A DNA stretch of 30,900 bases from Cyanophora paradoxa CCMP329. Its lineage: Eukaryota; Plantae; Glaucophyta. Below the pieces are notes generated by a model that saw only the letters and a list, made by a program, of their open reading frames with translations, searched no databases and was not told the DNA's origin. The stretch covers positions 1 to 30,900 of the forward strand of contig QPMI01000070.1 of the NCBI GenBank assembly GCA_004431415.1, read 5' to 3'. This document shows, piece by piece, positions 1-11,511 of this stretch. The translations under genes were made by a program, and so were the position numbers. Positions within the stretch are counted from its first letter, which is position 1. Each line of letters begins with the position of its first letter.

Positions 1-1384
1 CTTGTCGCCGCCCGCCGCAGACAAACGCTCATCGAAGGCGATCCTGCGGCGCGCGTCTTCCGTCAACGCTCTCCCCGTGCTTAAGATGCATGTAACAAGC
101 TCTAGACGTGCCGGTGCGCCAGGCCTGCCGCTGGATCGGTCCCGGTTGTTCGAATCGCGGTTTTCGCCCATCCGGCGCGGTTTCGCCGCCCCGGTGCCGC
201 CCGTGTCCCCGGGTGTGTTTCCCCATCCTTGTGCATGCTTTAGAACACCGCTGCATGCCCAGAAAGAGTGCCGCACTCGTGAAAGAAAGTTCGAGGTGCC
301 TTGGACACGGGCCACACGGGCGAGCGCTACATCGAAGGGGGGGCCGGGCGAGCGGTGCCAGAAGCTAGTAAACATGCCTACGTACGCCTCGGAATGGCGC
401 TGCGTGCGATTCCGGCCCGGGGCCGCCGCCAAGGTGAAGGACTGCGCCTGGGTGGCGGTGGTGGTCCATCAGCCGGCGGCGAACTGGTCGAAGAAGAGAA
501 CGGAAAGGAAGTATAGCACCTATACATCATGAAACGACGATGCGCGACCGGCGGGCGAGCCCCCCGTCGTCGGGCGGTCAAGGACTCCGCGGTGCTGCGC
601 ACGCGGAGGCAGTCAGGTTGGCTGCCCTACGTGCAGGCAGCGCGCTGGCTTACGAGTCGTTTCTATATCCTTAGATGCATCGTTTGTGTGTCTCGGAGCC
701 GAATGGCGCGCGGCATTGTCTCGGTCTGCACATGGCGGGAGGCGACATGTCTCAGGGTTCGGAGGCGACGCAGGCGATCTGCTCACGCACCGACATGATG
801 TAGAGCATCTAGAGATGCCTGGGAAGTGTCGCTGCCAGCGCCCGCGATGGGCGCAGCGGACTCCGACGTCCCTCCCGCGGCATTTCCTTCTGCGCCTTGG
901 TTAGCCTACGTGCGGTAGGGGCGTGACTGCGAGCAATAGGCATGAAAGCATACCATAAGTGGATGTAGCTGGGTGCGGCTGGGCTGGCACGTGGGCAGAA
1001 GAAGATGACTTTCGAACTGCGGCCACCGCCATGCCTAGCCTCCTCTTGGCCATTGCTAGAGCTGCCTAGCGTGCGTAGGAGGCGGATCGCTGTCGCTTAT
1101 GCAGCTAGGCTGCTCAGGCCGCTCGCTGCCACGCACGAGGTCGCGGGGTACGAGCGCGAAGGAAAGTTTGCCGTACCCACAAAGTTGAGTTGGAATTTGC
1201 ATACTACTGCGAGTCGAGTCAAAAAGTCCGAGTCAAAAACTCGGGCGTTTTGCCTGATTGGTCAAAATAAACTCAATCCACCGGCGCAGGTACCGGTCCT
1301 GTTGGACCGGCGTGCTGTGAAAATCGCGCCAAAGACTTAAGTCTACCGGACTGTCGGTTGGGACTGTTGGTTCGTGTTATCGAG

Positions 1385-1700
1385 CTTCATAGCTAGCGAG
1401 ATCTAGAGGGGTACCGGTAGGTATACACAGACTACAGCGCTAGCGCTAGCACTAGCCATATGCATAGTGCACTGCCGCCTAGTCCCTAGGCCCTATAGCT
1501 ACGTATACTAGCCTACGTATACTAGCCCTATAGCTAGGCCCTACGTATACTAGCTATAGCTAGTCCAAGTCCTAGGCCCTAGCTAGCTATATAGCGTAGT
1601 TGTATGCCGGCAGCTGGGCCGGCGCCATGTACATAAGACATAGCTAGCGGTAACATGCATATATATGTACATACTACATAGCTAGCGGTGGCTAGCGCTA
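1385..1700. repeat. Low-complexity tract of short palindromic words (CTAG, AGCT, TATA, GTAC, CATG)
   Basis: Seen directly, e.g. 'ctacgtatactagcctacgtatactagccctatagctaggccctacgtatactagctatagctag'. No ORF in the track covers it. Confidence 0.8.
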
Positions 1701-2234
1701 CCGTGGCACCGCGGTACCCCCCAGGGCGCCAGGCCAGTCTTCAGGCAAACACTGCGGCAAACGGGCTGTTCCGGTTGAGCCTCCTAGGCAAGACTTGACC
1801 GGCGTCCTAGGACCCGAACAAATAGCCACCACCGGCGAAGCGACAGCCCCGGTAAAGTCCAAGTCCGCCGCCTGTGTTCAGCATCCGGAAAACAGCCTGA
1901 GTCATCATCGCGAATCGCCGAGTCGATGGCCAGGTCCCGGGTCGACGTCGGTGACGGTCGGTCCGACGGTCACGAAAAAAATGCCCGCGCACGAGGGGTG
2001 GTTGGAGCCTACTTAGAGGCTTGGAGCCTTGTTGGAGCGTTGGAGCCTAGTTGGAGGGCAATGGAGGCTGGCCTCTTCGAATTCCAACTTACAAGTTCAT
2101 GCAGAAAAAACGCGAAGTACCGCCGAAACTTGCAAGTTGCATGAAAAAAAACGCGAAGTACTGCAAAAAAAACAATTGCATGCGCAAACTCCAATGTTAC
2201 GGTGTTACCCCAATGTAACCCCATGCGCATGCAT

Positions 2235-2436
2235 GGCGCGGGCGCCGGGCCGGCGCCGCCCGGCGGGGCCGCCGCCGGCCCGCCGCCGGGCGCGGGCGCC
2301 GCCGGCGGGCGGCCTACTAGTACTAGGCTAGCCTACAGCTGCCTATAGCTATTAGCTTACTAGTAGCCTACTACCGCGGGCCCGGCCCGCGGCGCGCCGG
2401 CGGCCCGGCGGCGCCCGGCGCCGGCGCGGCGGCGCC
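2235..2436. repeat. Two pure G/C tracts (2235-2314, 2374-2436) flanking a 59 bp CTAG/TACTAG-rich core
   Basis: 80 nt and 63 nt containing no A or T, read directly from the sequence. Confidence 0.85.
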
Positions 2437-4113
2437 AGGCGGGCCTGTGAGCGGCAGTCACTGAGTGAGCCTGGCCCTGACTCCTGAGAGTCCATGATGC
2501 TGAGACAACCCAGGTCGACGTCACTGTCACCGTGGCACCGCCGAGTCGGCGCCGACTCACCGGTACCCATGGCCAGCCTCCCAGGCCGAGCCACTGATCC
2601 CGGCCGGGCCGCCGAGCGCGCGAGCCGAGCGCGCGGCCGAACGCGTCGCTGCGCGCTCGCCTTTCAAGCTTGAATCTCTGCGCGCTCTCACTTCCGAAGC
2701 TCAGCGGCTAGTTTCTGTGCGCTTCTATCCGACGCAGCCGGGCCGCGCGCCCGCCTCGAGCTCACAGTCCACGCCGCGGCGCACGTATATACTCCACCGA
2801 CGATATATATACTCGAGCTCCACCGACGAGATGGGCCGCCGTGGTCCTCCCCCGGCTATATATGTTCCGTGCGCGGGCCCCGCCTGGTTCCCTGTCTGTT
2901 GCTTGCATGAATTGTTAACGTTGCTTCAAGGCTTGCTGACTGCCTGGGATCCGGAAGATGTCTACTGCTACACGCTAGTTTAACACATCTGGAAATCGCA
3001 ATAACTAGCGATCGTGAGCGTTGAGTAGGCCGAGGCGGAGCTCGCCATGGACGGATTCGGGTTCCTGGCCCCATCGCATCTAATTGCGGATTGATTGCAG
3101 GTTTAACTTTACATCGTTACTCGGATTCCGACCGCAGAGCTCAAGATCGCATATCCTGCATGCTGGCCTCGCTGCAGCGGGTATGGTCGAGCTGTCTTTC
3201 AAGTTTCGACAACTTCGTGAAGAAAGTTTTCCGGTGCGCATTGAAATAGCAATGAAAGCCTCGTGTTGCGCACATCCTCGAGCAGCTGCAGGCAGCTGGG
3301 GGTGTTCTCGTCATTCCTTCCCGGGTTCCACCTGAGCTCAAGAATGCCGCACCGGAAGGGGCAGCCTAGTGGCAGGTTGGACGACAGCTCGCAGCTCTTG
3401 ATGCTCCTGCTGCGGACGACAGCTCGCAGCTCTTGTCAAAAATTGCGTCTTTGGACCGGATTGCCCTCATTTAAATTTCCATTTGCAACGAACTTCGGAA
3501 CGAGCTCCCTAACTAACCTAAGGAATATTCAATGCGGTATGGCTAGCTATTGGCCAAGACGCTGTGGTTGCCGCGACTTGATGTTTATGATTGGCTATGG
3601 GGGCGAGTGAATCCAGATCTGGTGCCCCACCGGTATCTCTTATTGCTTGCAATTGCGTATGCACGGTCTCCGCTTTCTCTCCCTCTCGAGGCCAGACGTG
3701 CTCTCTCATGCATATGATCGTGGCTTCCACTGGGAGCCAGGAATTAAGTTTACCACATGGTAAACTTGCAACTTCACTCACTTAGGGCTGACTTTACCAC
3801 ACCTGTCTTTACCCCACCTAGGAAAGCCGCGCGGGGGAGCACTGCTGCCGTGCTAAATGTGCTTAGCTAGGCATAAGTGCATGGGATCCATTGAGCGCCG
3901 ATGGCCCGGTAGCTTCTGTGGTCCGTCGTGGATGCGAGCACAACTCGTCAAGAGAGCGACGCATGCGGGCTGCCTTGACTGGTTCAAGTGTTCTAAAAGG
4001 TCGTTTAGAGACGATTTGCAGCTTTTAAGGGGAGGTTGTTGGGCGGCCCGACCTCGGCCAACTTCACCCAGGCCCGACCATTATGAGCTGGGGCGCAGCG
4101 CACAGCGCTTTGA

Positions 4114-4612
4114 ATGCGGTAAGCATTGATTTCAGCTACGTTACAACCGAAGTACGGCTGCCACATCGGTGCTCTTGAGACCGATGGCTGCCAATGGTTG
4201 CGTACCGAACGCTCAGACCGAGCGCCGCCGAGGTAGCCGGCGGTGCTAACGCCTCTAGCTAGCTAGATCGCGTGCTCTAGCTAGTTCTCCGACCGCCGGG
4301 TGCCGCCGTTGGAGCCTTGCTGGTGCGGTGGTCGGACGGGTACCCCCTGCGAGTAGTTCCCCCGGGCAAAGTCGCCGGGGCAAAGTCGCCGGGGCAAACT
4401 TGCCGGGGCGAAGTCGCGGTTTCCGGAGCGCAGGATCTGGAGCTGTGTTCTGCTAGCGTCCAAGTGCTGTCGGCGTGGCAAGCGGTCAAAGTGCTGTCGG
4501 CGTGGAAGCGTGGCACGTGGCGCTCGAAAAGGTGCGCCGGAGGCCTTCTTTCCGCACCCATAGCGGCCTTGCGCGTGCGTCCGTGCGGCCTCCCTTGACA
4601 GGAGCGTCTCTC
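4114..4612 (+). repeat. Host dispersed repeat A, copy 1 (contains tandem 14-mer GGGGCAAAGTCGCC)
   Basis: Near-identical to 6792-7298 and, in its 3' part, to 10444-10769. Shared blocks include 'ggatctggagctgtgttctgctagcgtcc' and 'gtggcacgtggcgctcgaaaaggtgcgccgga'. Confidence 0.93.
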
Positions 4613-4787
4613 GCGCGGGGCAGCTCCGACAGCGGAGTAGGCAGTCGGCTGCTTCTTCAGGCGCGGCGGTCTCGGCGATCGCTACTGCGATGTCGGCGGA
4701 GCCAAACCGCTCCGTCGAGGTGAGCGTTTTCGCGGACTTGCGGTACTACCCGTGGGGCATCCAGGACCCTGAAGAGACGCAAGGTAC

Positions 4788-5130
4788 TTGTCGCTTTTGC
4801 GACCAGGATGCCATACCATAGAAAACCCCTGTGCAGTTCCTGTGCGAGGCATGGCTGTGCGATTCACGATCAATGTTTCGGAGTCGTGGCCGGAAGCGTT
4901 AGTGGCCGATGTGTGCCGTGAGTATTTCGTGCCCAAATCCAATGTAGCGCTGTATTGGTACAACCCAGAAACCAATGGATTCGAGCGGCCGGTGCGAAAG
5001 TTCCTTGCGTCTGACGATGATTTCTGATGCGGCTTCCGCGAATTCACGCGTGCGCGTGCATGCGCACAGACATCGAAACCACAGGGACCATCTCCAGGCG
5101 ATCTCTTCTACCTCACGGGCGACCAATTTC
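4788..5130 (+). pseudogene. Host repeated coding-like domain B, copy 1 (unknown family)
   Basis: Translation 'VRFTINVSESWPEALVADVCREYFVPKSNVALYWYNPETNGFERPVRKFLASDDDF' aligns with three other copies with conservative substitutions. Confidence 0.5.
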
Positions 5131-5413
5131 CGCCGGGAGCGGAGCCCGCACGATACCTGGCAAGATTGGCCGCCCGTTTCTCAAAGGCACCAGCGACGGC
5201 AGCGACGCAGAACAGCGATGCTCTAGATATAACTTCGCTCGTGCCGCCACCGCTCGACACGCGCGGACTCCTTTGTCTGCGCGCGACGCCACCAGTCGAG
5301 AATATTAATGAAGGAAACAGCTCCGTAGCGGTGCATGTTGTAGCGGACGATTGGAGAATTATGTCAGGTGCCCATTTATCCCGTTTCAGAGACATTTCTT
5401 ACAGAATTAATGG

Positions 5414-5710
5414 GCCTGTGCAGATCTTGTGCAAGTCAATGATCCGGATTCGGGGTCGTGGCCGGACGCGCTGCTGGCGCGGGCGTGCAGCGAGTTTCTC
5501 GTACCGAAAAACAATGTAGCGCTGTATTGGTTCAACCCAGAAACCAGTGGATTCGAGCGGCCGGTGCAAGCTTTCTTTGCGTCTGACGATGATTTCTGAT
5601 GCGGCTTCCGGATCCGCGAATTCACGCGTGCGCGTGCATGTGCACAGACATCGAAACCTCAGGGACCATCACCGGGTGATTTCTTCTACCTCGCGGGCGA
5701 CCAGTTCCCG
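5414..5710 (+). pseudogene. Host repeated coding-like domain B, copy 2
   Basis: 'SWPDALLARACSEFLVPKNNVALYWFNPETSGFERPVQAFFASDDDF'; DNA closely similar to ~4855-5130. Confidence 0.5.
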
Positions 5711-6159
5711 CGGGGATCCGGAGAACGAGCGCAGGCCTCGAACTACCTGTCGCGAATGCGAGCCATGATTGCTCTGGAAAACATCCGCTCAATGGCGACG
5801 TATAGTGCTAGCTAGCTTCATTATTCCTGATGCACTACGCGTACGGCGCCGGCTTCGTCTCGAATACGAATTCGACCAGCATGTATATTCTCTAGTGGTT
5901 TTCGCATACATGGCTCTCTAGAGAATTCGAACTCTTCGATTTATGCGACCGCTAGCGCTCCGCGGCAGCGTTGTCCCAAGGCCGATACGCTCATTTGCGG
6001 CAAAGGATTCGAATTAAGAAAAATACAGCAATCTCTGCGCAGACGAATTCGAATCTCTGTTCCGCTCAGCGGCTAGCTATAGCGTGCATGGCGCCGGCGG
6101 CCACGACTTCGAATAAGATGCAGCTGTCGGGCCGCTAGGGGCCTTGAAACGGGCAATAG

Positions 6160-6740
6160 CTAGGATCCGAAAACGGTGCGCCAGGAAGGGCGCGTGCTCG
6201 ACTTCTGGATCACCGAATCCCTCGCGACGTAGTACAGATCATCCGGGGATGGCCCTGGACTCGACCTCTTGCACGCGCAAGCGTGAATTCGCGAATGCCG
6301 CATCATGATCAGAAATCGAGGAAGACGGAAAGATATCTTGCACCGGCTCGAAGTACTCGGCAAAAGAACTCGAGGTAAATGAAGCACCGACTTGCTGGGT
6401 CGTATCGATACATCATCAGCGCATCAGGGTGCGCGTGGTATGTGCTGCGGACGAGTTCACGGTACGCAGCCTCCAGAAGATCTGTCTGCCACGTCTCTGA
6501 AACATAGATCTTCAATCTAACAGGCCCTGCGCTGTTTAGATTAGGCACAAGCTTAAGGCATCGATGCAACCGTTGTCGCACCTGTCATATCAGTGATGCC
6601 ACCGGAAGGGGCCGGCAGTCCCGAGAACGCGCACCTCGACAGAGCTGCCGCGTTCTCGAGCCGCGATCGCGGCGCGTACAGAGCAATCAGCGCTTCCGAC
6701 TCGGCGACCTGCTCTTCTGTTGGCTCTGGTACTGGTGGCG
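6160..6740 (-). pseudogene. Host repeated coding-like domain B, copy 3 (inverted), with upstream 'PTEEQVAESEALIALYAPR' segment
   Basis: ORF fragments 6553..6804, 6309..6581 and 6160..6387 match the fragments at 9786-10336 in the same order. Confidence 0.45.
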
Positions 6741-6791
6741 CCGACCGCGGCTTCCGTGAAGTAACGAGCTGTTTTCGAATACGTTTTCCCC

Positions 6792-7298
6792 ATGCGGTAA
6801 GCATCGATCTCAGCTACTTTACAAACGAACTACGAGCGCCAAGTTGGTGGTCTCGAGCTCGAGACCGATGGCCGCGTACCGAACGCTCAGACCGAGCGCC
6901 GCCGAGGTAGCCGGCGGTGCTAAAGCCTCTAGCTAGCTAGATCGCGTGCTCTAGCTAGTTCTCCGACCGCCGGGTGCCGCCGTTGGAGCCTTGCTAGTGT
7001 GGTGGTCGGACGGGTACCCCCCTGCGCGTAGTTCCCCCCGGCAAAGTCGCCGGGGCAAAGTCGCCGGGGCAAACTTGCCGGGGCGAAGTCGCGGTTTCCG
7101 GAGCGCCGGATCTGGAGCTGTGTTCTGCTAGCGTCCGAAGTGCTGTCGGCGTGGCAAGCGGTCAAAGTGCTGTCGGCGTGGAAGCGTGGCACGTGGCGCT
7201 CGAAAAGGTGCGCCGGATGCCTTCTTTCCGCATCCATGGCCATGGCGGGTTAAGCTGCGCGTGCGTCCGTGCGGCCTCCCTTGACAGATGCGTCTCTC
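6792..7298 (+). repeat. Host dispersed repeat A, copy 2
   Basis: Near-identical to 4114-4612. Confidence 0.93.
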
Positions 7299-7584
7299 AG
7301 GGATGGATGCACACGAGGAGACGAAACGCGAGTTCGAAGAGAGCGGCCAGGAGCGTGCGGAGAAACGCCAGCTGGAGACTTTCCAAGACGCCGGGGCGAA
7401 CTTTCCGGAGCGAAGTCGCATGAGCGCTATTAAGCGCCCGCGTGCCGGAGATGCGTATGATGCGAAGGACGCAAAGGATGAAGTACGCGCGGTCACACTT
7501 CATATCGCTACATCCAGCGTGCGTCTGCTCGCTCGCGCTTCGAATTCTTTGCTCGCTCGGCCACAAATTTAAACCACGCGCGCA

Positions 7585-8048
7585 GGAGATGCCGTGGTCA
7601 CTCTCGAAATCTCCAGCCCCGCCTGCATCGTCGTGCGCCCGCCCGCCGGCGCCCTCTTGCTCGTTTTCTCAGACCAGCCGGCTTGCCATTGGCACAGGAC
7701 CCGGAGCAGAGCACCTTCAAGCCCAAGCAGCGGCTGCCGGCAGAGGGGCTGGCCATCATCGAGGCCACCCTGCGTGCCACCAGCCCCGCACGGTCGCATT
7801 GCGGCTTGAGAAGTGCGCGCGGCTCCCGAGCGCCGCCTCGTGCACTAAGTGCAGCCCGCAGCGCCCGCCTCGAGGACATTCCGGCATCGCTGCAGGATAT
7901 CCTCGTCGAGAAGGTTGCGCACATCCACCTCGTCGGCGAGACCACGCTGCACCCGTTCCCAGAGGAGAACGCAGAGTCGGCCCTCGTCTATGCTACTATG
8001 TCGGACCTTCGCAAGCGTGGGCTGCTCACGATGACCATGTCGCCCGAG
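7585..8048 (+). CDS. Possible host exon(s), unknown protein
   Basis: Protein-like translation in ORF 7683..8189 ('LEDIPASLQDILVEKVAHIHLVGETTLHPFPEENAESALVYATMSDLRKRGLL') with G/C-ending codons, a CAG acceptor-like site near 7585 and a GAG|GTGCG donor-like site near 8048. No family recognised. Confidence 0.3.
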
Positions 8049-8657
8049 GTGCGGCACGGCCATGGCCAGCTAGCGCCCTCCCTTTCCTCGACCCCGCCCA
8101 TCTGCAACCCAGGTACCCTGGCTCGTGGACCCCCTCAAGTTCGTTTGCGGCGAGTTGCCACCCTACAACAAGATTTTCCAACGGTTTAACACCTTCATGG
8201 AGCACATCTACGGCCCCTTCCTGTGAAATCAATCAGGCAGGCACTCGTTATGCACTACGGCGCCGACATGTAATGCGCTACCTCAGTAGCTCTGAAACCC
8301 TGACTTCAATTAAATAGTGCACGCCTCCGCCTCGCCTATCGCCGGAGTCGACATTAGCAGTTGACGACGCTCAAATGGCAGCGCGCGCTTTAGGCGAGAA
8401 AGCGCCATCGCTGAGCTACATGAAGCTCTCCACGCGTACATTCATGGGTTGCCGCTGCCCACAAGGGAGCCGACAAGTCGACAACCGGCATCTTCGATGA
8501 CAGGTGCATGCACATGCAGTTTTGCGTCAAACCAGAATTGAGGAGAAACAGATCAAAAACCAAACCAGAACCAAGCTCGCCAAGATGTTCGAACCAGGGT
8601 GAAAGTGTCCAAATGGATTCCTGGTGCGAGGGTATCCGGATTAGCTATGTGTCACTT

Positions 8658-8895
8658 GCAGTGATGTGTTCGGCATCGATACCGGTATATTCGGATCCAG
8701 GGTATTGATTGAGTTTCCAGCTCAATCGCGAGCGTCTGCAGCTGGCATGGCTTATGTGAAGGCAGCACAGAAAACCCATCGTGACATTCTTGTGCATGGT
8801 ACACTCAAGATCTAAATATCGCGCGCAGTGATGTGTTCGGCATCGATACCGGTATATTCGGATCCAGGGTATTGATTGAGTTTCCAGCTAAATCG
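8658..8895 (+). repeat. 71 bp direct repeat (8658-8728, 8825-8895)
   Basis: 'gcagtgatgtgttcggcatcgataccggtatattcggatccagggtattgattgagtttccagct(c/a)aatcg', 70/71 identical. Confidence 0.95.
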
Positions 8896-9785
8896 TGCGC
8901 ACACATACATATGTTATTGAGTCCGTTCTGCTAATCCTTATAATCTCTGCGAAATGCACTTGCAGTTTGCGAAATGCGAGAGCGCAATCCCAAGTTCTTC
9001 GAGAGCCTTGAAACAAAGTAGTTTGAATTACACAGCTCTCTCGTCAAGAACTGCTCCACGTGCACCAGCACAAGACGAGAAGCACATGTTGGTGTCGCAT
9101 GCAGGTAAAACCATTGCACGTTAATCAACACATGAATTAATTGAATGTATACGCAGGTTTCTATTCGCTGTTCCCTCTTATGCAGTCGTACACTACCAGG
9201 AATCTCGATAAATATAGCCAGCGAACAGATCTAGAGCGAAGCTTACAGACGTATATCTTTCCAATAGACTATTACCATCCGGACTTAAGCATTTCCTTGC
9301 CTCCCAAACTCTATTGCTAGAATAGTTATAGCAATCAGAAGGTCAGGTACATATGCACGCAGACATGCAGCTTGTTAAAGATCCGGCCGCGGAGGTAAGG
9401 CTCCTAGGAAACGGTACAGGTAGAATTTGTAATGTAGAACTTAGGTAAGGCTGGTAGCCCGAGTGTATACGTAGTGGTATCCTTTCGTGTCGTAGATTTG
9501 TTGTGTAATATGATGTGTTAAATATATTTGAATCGTTGTGTAAAGTTTCGGATTTCCAAAATTCGTGCTGCACTACGGCGCCGGCTTCGACTTGGATCCG
9601 AGACGAATGCGACCAGCATGACTACTATATAGTTCACGTCTCCTGCTACTCAGAATTCGAATTCGAGAAAACAATACAGCAATCTCTGTGCAGAAGAATC
9701 TGTGTTTGGCTAGTGCGCATGGCGTCGGCGACCACGAATAAGATGCAGCTGCGGACCCGTACTAGGTCCTAGGGATTTGCACTGG

Positions 9786-10336
9786 CTAGGATCCGGAAAC
9801 GGTCGCCAGGAAGGGCACGTGCTCGATTTTCGGGACCACCTCATGCCTCGCGACGTAGAACAAATCATCCGGGAATGCCCTGTACTCGACGCCTGTGCAC
9901 ATGCACGCGTGAATTCGGAATGCCGCATCAGAAATCAAGGTAAGAAGCAAAGATCGCTTGCACCGGCGGCTCGAAGCAACGGCTTTCTGGATCGTACCAA
10001 TAGAGCGCAAGCCCGCTAACATTGCCTACAGAGTTGCATTCGCAGTCCAGGTCGAAGTAAGCCTGGATCAGAAGGTCTGTCTGCCACGACATAGAAACAT
10101 CTATCCTGACGCGCACTGGCCCTGCCTGTTGAGATCAGGGCACACAATCAGGGGCAACGATGCCGGGTTGCAATTGCACGTGTGCACCCGTCTTTTCAGT
10201 GACGCGTAGCGGGGAAGGCCGCAGTCACCGAGAACCCGCACCTCGACTGAGCTGCCCCGTGCACGAGCCGCGGTCGTGGCGCGTATAGAGCAATCAGCAC
10301 TTCCGACTCTGCGATCTGCTCTGCTGTCGGCGGCAT
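9786..10336 (-). pseudogene. Host repeated coding-like domain B, copy 4 (inverted)
   Basis: 'MPPTAEQIAESEVLIALYAPRPRL', 'VRIDVSMSWQTDLL...LALYWYDPESRCFEPPVQAIFASYLDF' and 'RIHAC...PDDLFYVAR' in successive frames. Confidence 0.45.
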
Positions 10337-10443
10337 GCGCAGCTGTCCGCTGTCACTCCTGACTTCCTTGCAGCTTTGGTAGCGAGCTGTTTTCGAGGTA
10401 CTTTCTGCATTCTGGAACGCAGTCCGACAGCGAGCGAACCGAG

Positions 10444-10769
10444 CGCCGCCGTCTTTGGAGCCTTGCTGGTGCGTGGTCGAACGAGTACCCCCGGCAGGAA
10501 GTTCCCCCCGGGCAAAGCCGCCGGGGCAAAGTCGCCGGGGCAAAGTCGCCGGAGCACTGTCGCGGTTTCCGGAGCGCCGGATCTGGAGCTGTGTTCTGCT
10601 AGCGTCCGAAGTGCTGTCGGCGGGGCAAGCGGTCAAAGTGCTGTCGGCGTGGAAGCGTGGCACGTGGCGCTCGAAAAGGTGCGCCGGATGCCTTCTTTCC
10701 GCATGCGCACCCATATATAGCGGCCTTGCGCGTGCGTCCGTGCGGCCTCCCTTGACAGTAGCGTCTCTC
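10444..10769 (+). repeat. Host dispersed repeat A, copy 3 (5'-shortened); its downstream extension is interrupted by the viral insertion
   Basis: Matches the 3' part of copies 1 and 2. The extension 'atgcacacgaggagacgaaacgc..gcgtgcggagaaacg' matches 7307-7367 up to the AT-rich junction. Confidence 0.9.
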
Positions 10770-10884
10770 AGGATGAATGCACACGAGGAGACGAAACGCA
10801 AACTCGAAGAGAGCGAACAGGAGGTTGATTATGAGCTTGAGACGGAGGAAAGCGGCCCGGCGCGTGCGGAGAAACGTGCGCGAG

Positions 10885-11167
10885 ACACATAGTAAAATGC
10901 GGAGTTTTAACCCTCGGCTTAATCTTAATTGATTTTGTTGATATATCTCGTATATTCTATTTCAATCAATCGATAATCTGTGTATATCTTATCGAATATT
11001 CAATTATTTCGATTATTTGTATTCTTTTCGATATTTTATCGTAAATTTCTCTTATTTTCCGATTAGTCTTACTGAGTTAATCGATAATCTGTATATATTT
11101 CCGAATAATATAACTGAATCTCAATTAGATCTTGCCTCTGGTTAAAACTCCGCATTTTACTATGTGT
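10885..11167. repeat. Perfect 28 bp inverted repeat (10885-10912 / 11140-11167)
   Basis: ACACATAGTAAAATGCGGAGTTTTAACC and its exact reverse complement GGTTAAAACTCCGCATTTTACTATGTGT. Confidence 0.96.
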
Positions 11168-11420
11168 GATTGGTCTAAAAGTTAATTGATTTAATCGATA
11201 TTATATTCATGTACTTTCTCGATTAAATTTAATTAAATTTAAATTCATTTAATCGGAAATATATCGCTTAACTCGATTAAGATCCATATTAGATTCATTT
11301 GTTTAATAAAACAAATAGATCTCTTATTGAATCCAATCGTAATTATACATGAAACTTATATGATTTATCATTGTTTTATTGAGTCTAAGGGGGACCCTTA
11401 GGAATTTAATGAATAATTGG

Positions 11421-11511
11421 GTGTCACAGGTGTCACAGGTCCATCCCATCGAAAGGGAAAATCACTCTTTATAGGGCTTGAGCTGGGATAAACCTGTGAC
11501 ACCTGTGACAC
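11421..11511. repeat. Iteron-like site 1: 20 bp perfect inverted repeat built of tandem 9-mers, 51 bp spacer
   Basis: GTGTCACAGGTGTCACAGGT (11421-11440) and ACCTGTGACACCTGTGACAC (11492-11511). Confidence 0.92.

Noticed and set aside
2543-2580. Palindrome as a Helitron 3' end
   Set aside because: No CTRR terminus at the expected distance downstream.
1-4100. Numerous 60-180 aa ORFs on both strands
   Set aside because: Expected in GC-rich DNA; R/A/P-rich translations with no recognisable motif. A short exon near 370-510 is possible but unsupported.
4360-4420. GGGGCAAAGTCGCC tandem as telomeric or CRISPR repeat
   Set aside because: Only 3-4 adjacent units inside a dispersed repeat, with no spacers.
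8658-8895. Repeat-spacer-repeat as a CRISPR array
   Set aside because: Only two 71 bp units with a 96 bp spacer, no cas genes, eukaryote-like context.
10885-11167. Independent MITE with target-site duplication
   Set aside because: No matching duplication for any end placement tried. Not fully excluded.
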